NCBI GenBank assembly: GCA_032718475.1
Contig: JAUCBJ010008188.1
Coordinates: 1-38,050, forward strand
DNA from: Nemertoderma westbladi
Taxonomy: Eukaryota; Animalia; Xenacoelomorpha
Direction of reading: 5' to 3'
Length of the DNA: 38,050 nucleotides
Within the stretch, counting starts at the first letter, position 1, and each line of letters opens with the position of its first letter. The notes under the pieces were generated by a model. It ran no database searches, had not been told where the DNA came from, and saw only the letters and a list, made by a program, of their open reading frames with translations. Shown here one piece after another: positions 22,007-33,657 of the stretch. A program made the translations under genes and the position numbers.

Positions 22007-22790
22007 TGGACGAAGTTTGTCATCTTGGTCAAAAACATCAGAATTGCCTTTATGAGTTTCTGCTTAACAGTATCCCATTCTGAAGGCGAAGGTTCATCAG
22101 AAAGATGGAAGTCAACCTTGAATGATGCTGTTGGAATTGAGTTTTTAATACCAATAGGTGACATATTAGAAGAATTAGAAGAAGCAACAGACTGAATTTC
22201 TGCCACTGGTTCTGGATATGAACTTGAAATAATTCCTAGGTTTTGACAAGTATACCATGCCAAAAGAATTCCATCGACTTCTTCACAAATGCAGATAAGC
22301 TCATCAGTTGAATATTCGCCATAGGAAATTGAGGTGTGGAGGAGACCAATGCATGAAAGAAGACTACCATTAGCAGCAGAAAGATCATCATGGTCTGGTG
22401 GAAGTAAATTTTCTTTGTCAATAGAAAGGGCCTGAAGAAAATCTAAGCCGGCAACAGTGGCCTCAGCACCAGTATCTGGAGTTGCTTTGAGAGGGGAGGG
22501 AGACCGAATAAATGTCCTGTTGCAATATGACAGAAGTTCAGAAATACTTTCGGAGCTTGTCGATTATGGCTTCCAACCAAATTGAGGGTGATGCGGCTAA
22601 TGGGTTTTGTCTTAGGTTTTGAAGATGAATTCGAATTATTTTGTTTAGACCGACAAACATTGGCAAAGTGGCCTTCCTTGCCACAATAAGAACAATCTTT
22701 GTTCCTTGCTGGACAGTCAGCGCGTTTATGGTCTGTTTTACCACAACCATAACAAACTATAGGGCCAGTAGTTGAAGAATTGTTTCTGGA
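22003..22790 (-). pseudogene. Gag zinc knuckles and aspartic protease, frameshifted from RT near 22050
   Basis: Manual translation: CYGCGKTDHKRADC and CSYCGKKGHFANVC (two CCHC), ATPDTGAEATVAG protease motif; the frame stops at 22003 while the RT frame (..SDVFDQDDKLRPMNGPP) is different. Confidence 0.85.
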
Positions 22791-23623
22791 TTTGGATTTA
22801 TCGTTGCAGAAACATGGTCATTGACATCTGTATCACAAAGAATATCCTCTGGAGTAGGATCCGAAACAGGGGCACGGGAAAGTGCGTCTGGAATCGAATC
22901 GATATCGGAAGTGATATCGGAAGTGATATCGGAAGTGATATCGGAAGTGATATCAGAAGTGATATCGGAAGTGACATTGGAAGTGATATCGGAAGTGATA
23001 TCGGAAGTGATATCGGAAATGATATCGGAAGTGATATCGGAAGTGATATCGGAAATGATATCGGAAGTGATATCAGAAGTGATATCGGAAGTGATATCGG
23101 AAGTAATATCAGAAGTGATATCGGAAGTGATATCGGAAGTGATATCGGAAATGATATCGGAAGTGATATCAGAAGTGATATCGGAAGTGATATCGGAAGT
23201 GATATCAGAAGTGATATCGGAATTAGAGCGCATACCTATAGAAAGGTAACTCCTGAAAATACAGATTTGCCTATCCCTAGCCATTCTATCCATCTGAAAT
23301 GCAGAATAATAATCTGCCCAAACCGACTTCCAAGTTTCAAATTTTGCTAAACTGAAATCCGGTTCTAAAGCAATTGGAGCTTTAATTTGAAGATTACGAG
23401 GGGTTGAGTCAGCCTGATGAACTACAGGTTGATGTGGTTGACCAAGTAATTGTTGAAATTGATGGGCATTTTGGGCTTGGGATTGTGCTAAGGAATCAGC
23501 CAAATCGCGTTGTGATTTAACTAAAGCATGTAGAAGAGCTGAGGTGGGATCAGGATTACCACGACCAGCCAACTGTTCTCTTAAAACCTCCAGTTCGGTT
23601 TCGAGTTCAGCTTTAGTAGGCAT
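22757..23623 (-). CDS. gag: Rearranged gag: N-terminus fused to (SDIT)n and a pol-derived peptide
   Basis: MPTKAELETEL...FETWKSVWADY gag-like start downstream of the PBS and leader, ~27 SDIT units, then IPDALSRAPVSDPTPEDILCDTDVNDHVSA identical to pol. Confidence 0.75.
   Translation of the reverse strand: MPTKAELETELEVLREQLAGRGNPDPTSALLHALVKSQRDLADSLAQSQAQNAHQFQQLLGQPHQPVVHQADSTPRNLQIKAPIALEPDFSLAKFETWKSVWADYYSAFQMDRMARDRQICIFRSYLSIGMRSNSDITSDITSDITSDITSDITSDIISDITSDITSDITSDITSDITSDITSDITSDIISDITSDITSDIISDITSDITSDITSNVTSDITSDITSDITSDITSDITSDIDSIPDALSRAPVSDPTPEDILCDTDVNDHVSATINPNPETILQLLAL
22900..23222. repeat. 12-bp minisatellite (GATATCGGAAGT)n, ~27 units
   Basis: Directly visible, with variants GATATCAGAAGT and GATATCGGAAAT. 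Confidence 0.95.
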
Positions 23624-24156
23624 ATCTGACTGTTGAATAGTAGAGAAATTTCAGGAAATTAAATATCCGAAAAAATTTGCAAAATCCGAAAAGAAAAATT
23701 TTTGCAAAAATGTGCAAAACTTTTGCATGCAAATCAGCCAAAATCTGTAGTTATCGAATACTGGCAGACTGGAATACCGCCTGACTGCTGAATGTGAATA
23801 GGTACCGGTAGTTTCTAATTAGGCTAGCGGGCGTCGCTGCCTACCCCTCACGGCCCCCAGACAGCGCAAGGTCCTCAGCGCCGATGTAGGCTACCGTCGT
23901 CGCTGTGTTTTTCGCCAACGTAGTAGCTTAGCTACACAACGACAACGATAACCAGCGCGAGTCACTCCACTGTCCGTCCCAAGGGCTTAGTTTAGAAGAG
24001 TACTGGAGTAGGTACACCACCAGAAGTATAGGTAGGTAGCTAGGCCTAGATCAGAATCAGTAGAGGCGACCGGTAGAATAATGTTGAATTATCTGACCTG
24101 CTGAATGCGCTGGAATGTCCACCATTTGAATAGGGTTGTAGGAACATCAAGTACAT

Positions 24157-24166
24157 CACTGCGCCA
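24157..24166 (-). promoter_or_regulatory. Primer-binding site (possibly tRNA-Ser)
   Basis: TGGCGCAGTG on the minus strand, 3 nt inside the 5' LTR; complementary to a tRNA end ...CUGCGCCA. tRNA identity is from memory. Confidence 0.65.
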
Positions 24167-24169
24167 TAT

Positions 24170-24467
24170 TGGGATCGGAAATAAATGAATACCAGCTGCA
24201 TCAGTTTATTAATGGTCGACATACAGAACAGCATATCAAACAATAATATGAACCAACAGGCCAACGAACACACCCACCACCTTACAGCACATCAGTACAG
24301 CAGTACCGTAGGTACCGGTAACGGTTACTGTACCTACAGACCTAGAAGATAGGAAAGACTGAATACCGGAATACCAGAAGAGGACCGGTAGGTAAAAGAC
24401 CAGTAGGTTGGATCTAACCACCACCAAGCCAGGGTCTACTAGAGCCCTAACAATACATAATCTAACA
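24170..24467 (-). repeat. 5' LTR
   Basis: Direct repeat of 18954-19251. Confidence 0.95.
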
Positions 24468-24601
24468 GTATGTTATGGTCGACGGTATCGAAAGCTTTAG
24501 ATAGGTCTAAAAAAATTTAGGATGGCTAAAACGTCTGTCCTTATCTGATCTGATCTGATCTGATCTGACGGTATCTGACACTTGTTCCACCTTGGTTCAG
24601 A

Positions 24602-24800
24602 GCGCACCTTGGTGTAGTGGTTATATTGAATTCACATCTCTCGGAGGTTGTGGGTTCAACCCCGGCATGGGGCCAAGGTAGTTTTCGTTTCGGCACGAAT
24701 GTTTTGAAGGGTTTAGCGAGGCATCTCTGCCTTGCATCCTTAAATGGTAGCTAAATGAGTACTGGACTTTCTGCCTATGTCAGCATGTGAAGTTTCCCCG
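24602..24800 (+). mobile_element. tRNA-derived SINE
   Basis: A-box TGGTGTAGTGG and B-box GGTTCAACCCC in a tRNA-like head, followed by a body shared with 1092-1265. Confidence 0.7.
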
Positions 24801-24972
24801 GTATTCCCCTTAAACCCGGGGGGGGGGGGGGGTGTCAATATAATACTTCCCGCTCTGAAACTAACGATACTAACTAAAAGACTAACTGAAACGAACTAAA
24901 AGGAATTCAAATAAAATAAGCTAGAAATTTTAAATTTGTTTTTAGCGGCTGGTGCCAAATTTTGGTGTCGGT

Positions 24973-25330
24973 CCATGTGAAGAATACCGCCCATGTGAAG
25001 AATACCAGGATTTCACTTTTCGGTCGACTTTTATTGGAATTTTATATTTGAAGTTTTAATTCTTTTTTAATTTATCTTTATTGAGTGTATTATAGAGCTT
25101 ATTTATGTCTTATACAGTAACCTGCACATATACTAGTTCGTTTATTGTTTTGGTTATATTCAGCCCTTCTGTAACCTGTGTTTTTGGTGAAAACCTGGTA
25201 TTCTTCACATAGGGGTAACTGCAAAGTGAAATAAAACGGCAGAAAGTCTGGTATTCTTCGCCCATGTGAAGAATACCAGGATTTCATTTTTCGGTCGATA
25301 TTTTTTATTAAATTTATCTTTATTAAGTGT
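24973..25330. repeat. Cluster of CCATGTGAAGAATACC direct and inverted motifs (transposon subterminal repeats)
   Basis: Motif at about 24973, 24992 and 25262, inverted at about 25197-25212; ~100-bp block duplicated at 24989 and 25260. Confidence 0.6.
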
Positions 25331-26235
25331 TTTATGCGCGTGCGCGATGTCCTTTATTTTTTGAGGGGGATGATCTATTGATCAGTCAGTAGGACGGTTA
25401 GTAAGAAGGTGACGGGTGTAACTGTGTAAACAAGCCGCCGCGGTAACATATTCTCCTTTCCCTCAATTGGTAGGTAACAAAATCGTTTGTTTTGGTTAGA
25501 AAACCCTGTCTCGGTAACCTGCTCCTTTCCCAATTTGTAGGTAACAACGTCGTTTATTGTTTTGGTTAGAAATTACAGCCGCTGTAACCTGCTCTTTTCC
25601 TTCAATTGGAAGGTAATAAGTGTTTATAAATTCCCACATTCCCATCCACCTTCCCATATTCTTTAATAAATAGTAAAATTAATAAAATTCTTAAATTTCA
25701 TACATATTTTAAATGTAATATATTAATAAGAATCATTACCGTACTTAATTAATAATATTAATTATAATTAATATAATTAACTTTAACTATTAATAATGAT
25801 AACTATTAACAAGAAAGATTTACGAAAAAAATATTGCAGCAAATGCTGTATTGTTTTTAATAAAAGTTTAATGTTTCAACACCAACTAACAGACTAAATC
25901 TACGAAAGTTGTTTACATCTGAAACTATCCATCTTGCTGGGACAATCACACAACTTTCATACCCACCATCCTTCATCCTACTGTATATCGCATTTTTAAT
26001 ATATAATAACATGCCTTTGTGCATTTAGATGCATACCGATATGCCTGTACTGCTACTTCATATGATGATACTGATACGTAACAGGCAACCTGAAACGTGA
26101 TCCCCTATTCAGCTATTGGCTATTTACCTAACAGACAGTTAGGTAAATATTATATCTCTTTCTCCTGATTGGTTATAGAATCAGATGCTGTCAGATCAGA
26201 TCAGATCAGATCAGATAAGGACAGACGTTTTATTC

Positions 26236-26982
26236 TACCTCAAAAAAATTCCTATTGTCATTTGGGAGTTTTCTACAGCGTCTGATAGTTCGCTGAAAAG
26301 TAAAGATAGTGTATATCTGGCGAACGCCCTCTTTGAAACCCAAATTGACGAGATGTTATTATTTTGTATTTTTCTAAATATGATATTAATTGGTTATAAA
26401 CACACTTTTCAATAAGTTTTGAACAGAAGGGTAGGACACTAACAGGTCTATAATTTATCACGAATTTTTTATTTTTTGCTTTGTAGATAGGAGTAATTTT
26501 TGCTATTTTCATAGCTCTAGGAACAATTCCAGTTTCCAAAGATAAGTTAATTATGTGTAGCAAAGGGTCAGTGATATGATTAAATACCTATTTTATTATA
26601 GATGGATTTATGAGATCAGGTCCAATTGCTTGTTTATTAGCTAAGGAGGAAACTATATTCTTGAGTTCATCTTTTGAAATTTTTGAGAGAAACATTGATG
26701 TGCATTGCCCACCTGGTAGGTATTTGTAAATCGATTCATTGGTTGAAGGTATTTTTGCTGCTAGTTGTTGCCCAAATGACGAGTAGTGCTCATTGAATCC
26801 GTTTGCAATCTCAGTGCCATCTTCCACAAGTCTATTTTTTATAAGGAACGATGAGGTGTATTGTGATTTTCTTTTATGGGAGGGAATTAGCGACTTTATT
26901 ACACCCCAAGTTTTACTAATATTACCCTTGAATTTTTCGAACAGATCGCTAAAGTATAATTTTTTTGCGTTACGGATTACCT
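26236..26982 (-). mobile_element. Degenerate L2-group (Crack/Daphne-like) LINE ORF2 fragment
   Basis: KTWGVIK...IANGFNEHY...GPDLI...IINLSLETGIVP...KIAKITPIYK...NYRPVSVLP..SKLIEK...QFGFQ with an in-frame stop at 26588 and a frameshift after. Confidence 0.9.
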
Positions 26983-29336
26983 TTTAATAGAACTGGCTGG
27001 CACTCTGCGATGGCATTATCTTACCTTTTTATAGAACTGGCACTCTGCGATGGCATTATCTTACCTTTTTATAGAACTGGCAGTCAGCGATGGCATTATC
27101 TTACCTTTTTATAGAACTGGCACTCTGTGATGGCATTATCTTACCTTTTTATAGAACTGGCACTCTGCGATGGCATTATCTTACCTTTTAATAAAACTGG
27201 CAGTCAGCGATGGCATTATCTTACCTTTTTATAGAACTGGCACTCTGCGATGGCATTATCTTACCTTTTAATAGAACTGGCACTCTGCGATGGCATTATC
27301 TTACCTTTTTATAGAACTGGCACTCTGCGATGGCATTATCTTACCTTTTAATAGAACTGGCTGGCACTCTGCGATGGCATTATCTTACCTTTTTATAGAA
27401 CTGGCAGTCAGCGATGGCATTATCTTACCTTTTTATAGAACTGGCACTCTGCGATGGCATTATCTTACCTTTTTATAGAACTGGCACTCTGCGATGGCAT
27501 TATCTTACCTTTTAATAAAACTGGCAGTCAGCGATGGCATTATCTTACCTTTTTATAGAACTGGCACTCTGCGATGGCATTATCTTACCTTTTAATAGAA
27601 CTGGCACTCTGCGATGGCATTATCTTACCTTTTTATAGAACTGGCACTCTGCGATGGCATTATCTTACCTTTTAATAGAACTGGCTGGCACTCTGCGATG
27701 GCATTATCTTACCTTTTTATAGAACTGGCAGTCAGCGATGGCATTATCTTACCTTTTTATAGAACTGGCACTCTGCGATGGCATTATCTTACCTTTTAAT
27801 AGAACTGGCTGGCACTCTGCGATGGCATTATCTTACCTTTTTATAGAACTGGCACTCTGCGATGGCATTATCTTACCTTTTTATAGAACTGACAGTCAGC
27901 GATGGCATTATCTTACCTTTTTATAGAACTGGCACTCTGCGATGGCATTATCTTACCTTTTTATAGAACTGGCACTCAGCGATGGCATTATCTTACCTTT
28001 TAATAAAACTGGCACTCTGCGATGGCATTATCTTACCTTTTTATAGAACTGGCACTCTGCGATGGCATTATCTTACCTTTTTAGAACTGGCAGTCAGCGA
28101 TGGCATTATCTTACCTTTTAATAAAACTGGCAGTCAGCGATGGCATTATCTTACCTTTTTATAGAACTGGCACTCTGCGATGGCATTATCTTACCTTTTA
28201 ATAGAACTGGCTGGCACTCTGCGATGGCATTATCTTACCTTTTTATAGAACTGGCACTCTGCGATGGCATTATCTTACCTTTTTATAGAACTGGCACTCT
28301 GCGATGGCATTATCTTACCTTTTTATAGAACTGGCACTCTGCGATGGCATTATCTTACCTTTTAATAGAACTGGCACTCTGCGATGGCATTATCTTACCT
28401 TTTTATAGAACTGGCACTCTGCGATGGCATTATCTTACCTTTTAATAGAACTGGCTGGCACTCTGCGATGGCATTATCTTACCTTTTTATAGAACTGGCA
28501 CTCTGCGATGGCATTATCTTACCTTTTAATAGAACTGGCTGGCACTCTGCGATGGCATTATCTTACCTTTTTATAGAACTGGCACTCTGCGATGGCATTA
28601 TCTTACCTTTTAATAGAACTGGCTGGCACTCTGCGATGGCATTATCTTACCTTTTTATAGAACTGGCAGTCAGCGATGGCATTATCTTACCTTTTTATAG
28701 AACTGGCACTCTGCGATGGCATTATCTTACCTTTTAATAGAACTGGCTGGCACTCTGCGATGGCATTATCTTACCTTTTTATAGAACTGGCACTCTGCGA
28801 TGGCATTATCTTACCTTTTAATAGAACTGGCTGGCACTCTGCGATGGCATTATCTTACCTTTTTATAGAACTGGCACTCTGCGATGGCATTATCTTACCT
28901 TTTTATAGAACTGACAGTCAGCGATGGCATTATCTTACCTTTTTATAGAACTGGCACTCTGCGATGGCATTATCTTACCTTTTAATAAAACTGGCACTCT
29001 GCGATGGCATTATCTTACCTTTTTATAGAACTGGCACTCAGCGATGGCATTATCTTACCTTTTTATAGAACTGGCACTCTGCGATGGCATTATCTTACCT
29101 TTTAATAAAACTGGCACTCTGCGATGGCATTATCTTACCTTTTTATAGAACTGGCAGTCAGCGATGGCATTATCTTACCTTTTTATAGAACTGGCACTCT
29201 GCGATGGCATTATCTTACCTTTTAATAAAACTGGCACTCTGCGATGGCATTATCTTACCTTTTTATAGAACTGGCAGTCAGCGATGGCATTATCTTACCT
29301 TTTTATAGAACTGGCACTCTGCGATGGCATTATCTT
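26976..29336. repeat. 40-bp satellite, left array (~58 units)
   Basis: GCGATGGCATTATCTTACCTTTTTATAGAACTGGCACTCT with CAGTCA, TTTTAATAG and 44-bp (CTGGCTGG) variants. Confidence 0.97.
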
Positions 29337-29644
29337 GGGTCAGAGTAAAACGCGGATCCGGATCAGGATCAGGATTCTATCATTTAACATTGTCCCTATG
29401 GAAGTCGACTGAGTTTACATTTTTAGGGTGTAATCTGCGGATCCGTGCACTGCTAAATTTACCGAATCCGTAACCGAGTGTAAAATGCGGATTGGCCTTT
29501 TTTTCAGATCCGGAACGGAGTGTAAAGCGCGGATTCATGTTTGAGGCTAAATCCTGAACGGAGTGTAAAACGCGGATTCATTTTTCTACTGAATCCGGGA
29601 TTGGGTGTAAAATACGGATTCAGGTTTATTACAAAGTTTTATTA

Positions 29645-30172
29645 AATTTTGGCCAGAGTTCTATAACATATCAACCTCCACTATATTGGAATGAACTACC
29701 CTCAGAAATTAGAAAAATCCCGATACTTGCTAAATTTAAATTAAAACTTAAAGAATATATCTTATTTTCGCAACAACAAACACAAACTTAACCTTGTATT
29801 GGTAAATCACATTATGAATCATTTTTCAAGATTTATTTAGTTGAGTACACTTATCAAAATTATCAAAACTATTTATCAAAACTATTTGAGATCAAATTAT
29901 AATTTCTTGTTTTATTTTGCACATTATTAAATTCAAACCAACAAATTTTGAAACTCATTAGCATCTGATGGATTAAATAAGCTTGCTTCCAATCCAACAG
30001 ATTGCCTAAAAAGTAATTGGTATTGGCAATGGGCAAATGGGGGGGGGGGGGGGGGGGGTGGTTACAACTTACTTAGTTTTTGCATTTCTGCAGTATGTTC
30101 TACATTTTTCCATTATTATTATTATTATAAACTTGGCCTCGTCGTTTCTGTCTGTAAAAAAAAAAAAAAAAA
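29645..30172 (+). mobile_element. LINE 3' fragment with poly(A), nested in the left Foldback arm
   Basis: NFGQSSITYQPPLYWNELPSEIRKIPILAKFKLKLKEYI* (L2/Crack-type C-terminus), then UTR and an A-run at about 30155-30172; it interrupts a repeat unit. Confidence 0.75.
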
Positions 30173-31122
30173 TCCGGGAAGGGGTGTAAAATGCGGATTC
30201 AAGTAAATTACCATGTTTTATTGGATCCGGAATGGAGTGTAAAACGCGGATTCTAGTTAATTACCAAGTTTTGTTGGATCCGGAATGGAGTGTAAAACAC
30301 GGATTTTCGTTAATTACCAAGTTTTATTGGATCCGGAATGGAGTGTAAAACACGGATTTACGTTAATTACTAAGTTTTATTGGATCCGGAATGGAGTGTA
30401 AAACACGGATTTACGTTAATTATCAAGTTTTATTGGATCCGGAATGGAGTGTAAAACACGGATTTACGTTAATTACCAAGTTTTATTGGATCCGGAATGG
30501 AGTGTAAAATACGGATTTACGTTAATTACCAAGTTTTATTGGATCCGGAGTGGAGTGTAAAACACGGATTTACGTTAATTACCAAGTTTTATTGTATCCG
30601 GAATGGAGTGTAAAACACGGACTTACGTTAATTACTTAGTTTTATTGGATCCGGAATGGAGTGTAAAACACGGATTTTCGTAAATTACCAAGTTTTGTTG
30701 GATCCGGAATGGAGTGTAAAACACGGATTTACGTTAATTACCAAGTTTTATTGGATCCGGAATGGAGTGTAAAACACGGATTTACGTTAATTACCAAGTT
30801 TTATTGGATCCAGAATGGAGTGTAAAACACGGATTTACGTTAATTATCAAGTTTTGTAGGATCCGGAATGGAGTGTAAAATACGGATTTACGTTAATTAC
30901 CAAGTTTTATTGGATCCGGAATGGAGTGTAAAACACGGATTTACGTTAATTACCAAGTTTTATTGGATCCGGAATGGAGTGTAAAACACGGATTTACGTT
31001 AATTACCAACTTTTATTGGATCCGGAATGGAATGTAAAACACGGATTTACGTTAATTACCAAGTTTTGTTGGATCCGGGATGGAGTGTAAAACACGGATT
31101 TATGTTAATTACTAAGTTTTAA
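30173..31122 (+). repeat. 53-bp tandem array (~18 units), left Foldback arm
   Basis: GGATCCGGAATGGAGTGTAAAACACGGATTTACGTTAATTACCAAGTTTTATT. Confidence 0.95.
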
Positions 31123-32099
31123 TGAACAATTTGAAAAACGCATATGCAATAGACCCAGACCCTCATCTAGTTACAATTATTAATTAGTGCAATGTTTATT
31201 GTTCTTTAGTAACTTTTCTTGGCTTGCTGACTTTCCTGGTTTTTTTCTTCTCAGGACTCGGGGTGCACGATGTTTGCGTAGTAAGTTCAAGCGGCTCAAC
31301 AATGGCCAGATGGCTGTATCATTGGTTGGACTCGGAATAACGAATCCCGTAAATGGAACCTTTACAAAGTCATCACTGTCATCCATGTTTAATATGAAAT
31401 TAAATAAGACAAGCTGGCAAGCCTGGAGGGTTCACGGTCCTCCTACCTAATCAGTACAATAATAATACGTTTTCGTTCGGGTAGGCCTATGTTTCCTTTT
31501 CACTTGTTCCCATCGTAGGCGACCTCATGCTCATCCCACCACGACCACGACCACCAGTTACGAGTTGGGTAGGCGTCTACCGGCAACCGGTAAGTAATTA
31601 CGCGCCACACGACGTCATCCCGCCATCCGCCAACATTTATACCGGTACGGTAAGCCTACCACCTACCGGCTGGCTACCATCGCACCGTAGGTCTACCGCC
31701 TACGCCTACCGGTCAACCGGTAACGGTAGGCTACCGCGTACCGGTACAGCGGTACTCAAAGTCGTACCGGTATTGTCGTAATTGACAAATGCAGGATTAA
31801 ACCGTAACCCGTTCCGGTACCGGTACCATATGCATCTGAACGACTGGACGGTTAATCTCATAGCATAGCTGCATAGGCCTACCGGTAGTCAGTGCGAAGT
31901 CGCCTGCGAACATGGCGAAATATTATATTCACTGCTAGGGCTAGGCTAGGACCTACCAGCCTACTGCTGTACTGACCTATGACAGTATGAAGATAGGCAG
32001 ATAGGCCTACAGTGGTCAGGTAGTACCGGTCCGGTATGCCTACTACAGGCAGACAATCAGACAGTACTAGCAGTGCTAATTAATTACCTTAATTAAATC

Positions 32100-32471
32100 T
32101 TCAATTAGGTCATAATGTAGGTCCAAATTTAAAAATCGGCCTCCGTTAATCGATTTAGAAATAATTCAGGTACCTCCATGCCAAATATCAGAATCATTCA
32201 TTGCGTTCCCTATGACAAGATAGCTTTTTCCTAAACCATGCGAAAACACGCAAATATAGCGCTCACATCGCACAAATACCATCTCGACACCCAATTTTTT
32301 GTATGAGCCTTCGCCATCCCTATATCTAACTTTTGTCCAAATTTTGTTTCGATTGATTAATAAATAACTGAGATATCGCTCTGGACACACACACACACTA
32401 ACACACACACACACACACACACACACATTACGGTAATAATGGTCACTTATGTCAAAGACCGTGAACCAAAA
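32100..32471 (-). mobile_element. Microsatellite-bearing non-autonomous element (Helentron/DINE-like), nested
   Basis: (CA)n at 32385-32427 next to a terminal GGTCACTTATGTCAAAGACC...AACCAAAA hairpin-like end; family assignment from general architecture only. Confidence 0.45.
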
Positions 32472-32954
32472 TTATACTGAACAGTTCAGCCTCCATAAAT
32501 TAGGAAGGCAGCACGCTTGCAAGGCCTTAAATAGAGTACGCTATGATGCAGTGCAAACTACCGCCAGCTAGGCAGAACAGTGATTCTTGTTTGTAAGGGA
32601 GGTTGGGATGGATAAGCCAATCAGGGAACAGGACAGTAATCCTGCCATACAATTGTCTACAGAGCCTGCTCTACCAGAGAGGTCACGTTCCCACGGTAGT
32701 AGTTTTTCAGCTAATCAATATCTAATAATGTCTGGCGGCCAAACATCACCATCGCCCTTATTAATAATTCATTGGGAAGCATTGACCCCTATTAAGGTGT
32801 CCCCCAGAGCCGGATTAAGCTTATGTGTGGCCCCTAGACATATAGACAAATTATTAAGGTGTCTATTAACTATTAAGGTGTCCCCCATTAATGTTTGTGT
32901 CCCTCATTAATGTGTGTCCCTCATTAATAGTTGTGTCCCTCATTAACAAACTCA

Positions 32955-33480
32955 GTAATTAACGTAAATCCGCATTTTACACCCCTTCCCGGATCCAGTA
33001 ACACTTTGTAATTAACCTGAATCAATCCGCGTTTTACACCCCTTCCCGGATCTAGTAACACTTGGTAAATAAATTGAATCCGCGTTTTACACCCCTTCCC
33101 GGATCCATTAAAACTTGGTAATTAACGTAAATCCGTGTTTTACACTCCATTCCGGATCCAACAAAACTTGGTAATTAACGAAAATCCGTGTTTTACACTC
33201 CATTCCGGATCCAACAAAACTTGGTAATTAACGAAAATCCGTATTTTACACTCCATTCCGGATCCAACAAAACTTGGTAATTAACGAAAATCCGTGTTTT
33301 ACACTCCATTCCGGATCCAACAAAACTTGGTAATTAACGAAAATCCGTGTTTTACACTCCATTCCGGATCCAACAAAACTTGATAATTAACGAAAATCCG
33401 TGTTTTACACTCCATTCCGGATCCATTAAAACTTGGTAATTAACGTAAATCCGTATTTTAAACTCCATTCCGGATTCACA
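32955..33480 (-). repeat. 53-bp tandem array (~10 units), right Foldback arm, inverted
   Basis: Reverse complement of the 30173-31122 unit. Confidence 0.95.
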
Positions 33481-33657
33481 AAATATATGAATCCACGTTA
33501 TACACTGCAATACGGATTGCGTATTTCAGAATCCGCATATTACACTCAGTTACGGATTGTATGTAAATCCGGATCCGCCTTTTACACTCGCAAATCCGGG
33601 TCCTGATCCGTATCCGGATCCTGAATCCGGATCCGGATCCGCGTTTTACACCTACCC

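Larger units (their letters stand above)
18954..24467 (-). mobile_element. Ty3/Gypsy LTR retrotransposon (Mag-like organisation), recent but defective
   Basis: 298-bp LTRs at 18954-19251 and 24170-24467 (TG...CA, 2 mismatches seen); GTAT on both flanks; PBS TGGCGCAGTG; PPT TTGGGGGAGA; gag-PR-RT-RH-IN order. Confidence 0.95.
24527..26232. repeat. Inverted pair of ~52-bp (TCTGA)n-containing repeats (24527-24578 and 26181-26232)
   Basis: TAAAACGTCTGTCCTTATCTGATCTGATCTGATCTGATCTGAC and its reverse complement; either the TIRs of one element or two opposed copies of a microsatellite-bearing element. Confidence 0.7.
29337..33657. mobile_element. Foldback/MULE-like non-autonomous DNA transposon, 4321 bp, 9-bp TSD CATTATCTT
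   Basis: TSD at 29328-29336 and 33658-33666; termini GGGTCAGAGTAAAACGCGGATCCGGATC and rc GGGTAGGTGTAAAACGCGGATCCGGATC; arms built of inverted tandem arrays. Confidence 0.9.

Noticed and set aside
22772-23350. Plus-strand ORFs (IGSD)n and (ISEV)n as genes
   Set aside because: Antisense readings of a stop-free 12-bp repeat inside gag
24602-24675. Functional tRNA gene
   Set aside because: A and B boxes are present but there is no convincing cloverleaf, and it continues into a body shared with another dispersed copy, so it is a SINE
30173-31122. 53-bp array as CRISPR or iterons
   Set aside because: No spacers; mirrored at 32955-33480 as the arm of a TSD-flanked transposon
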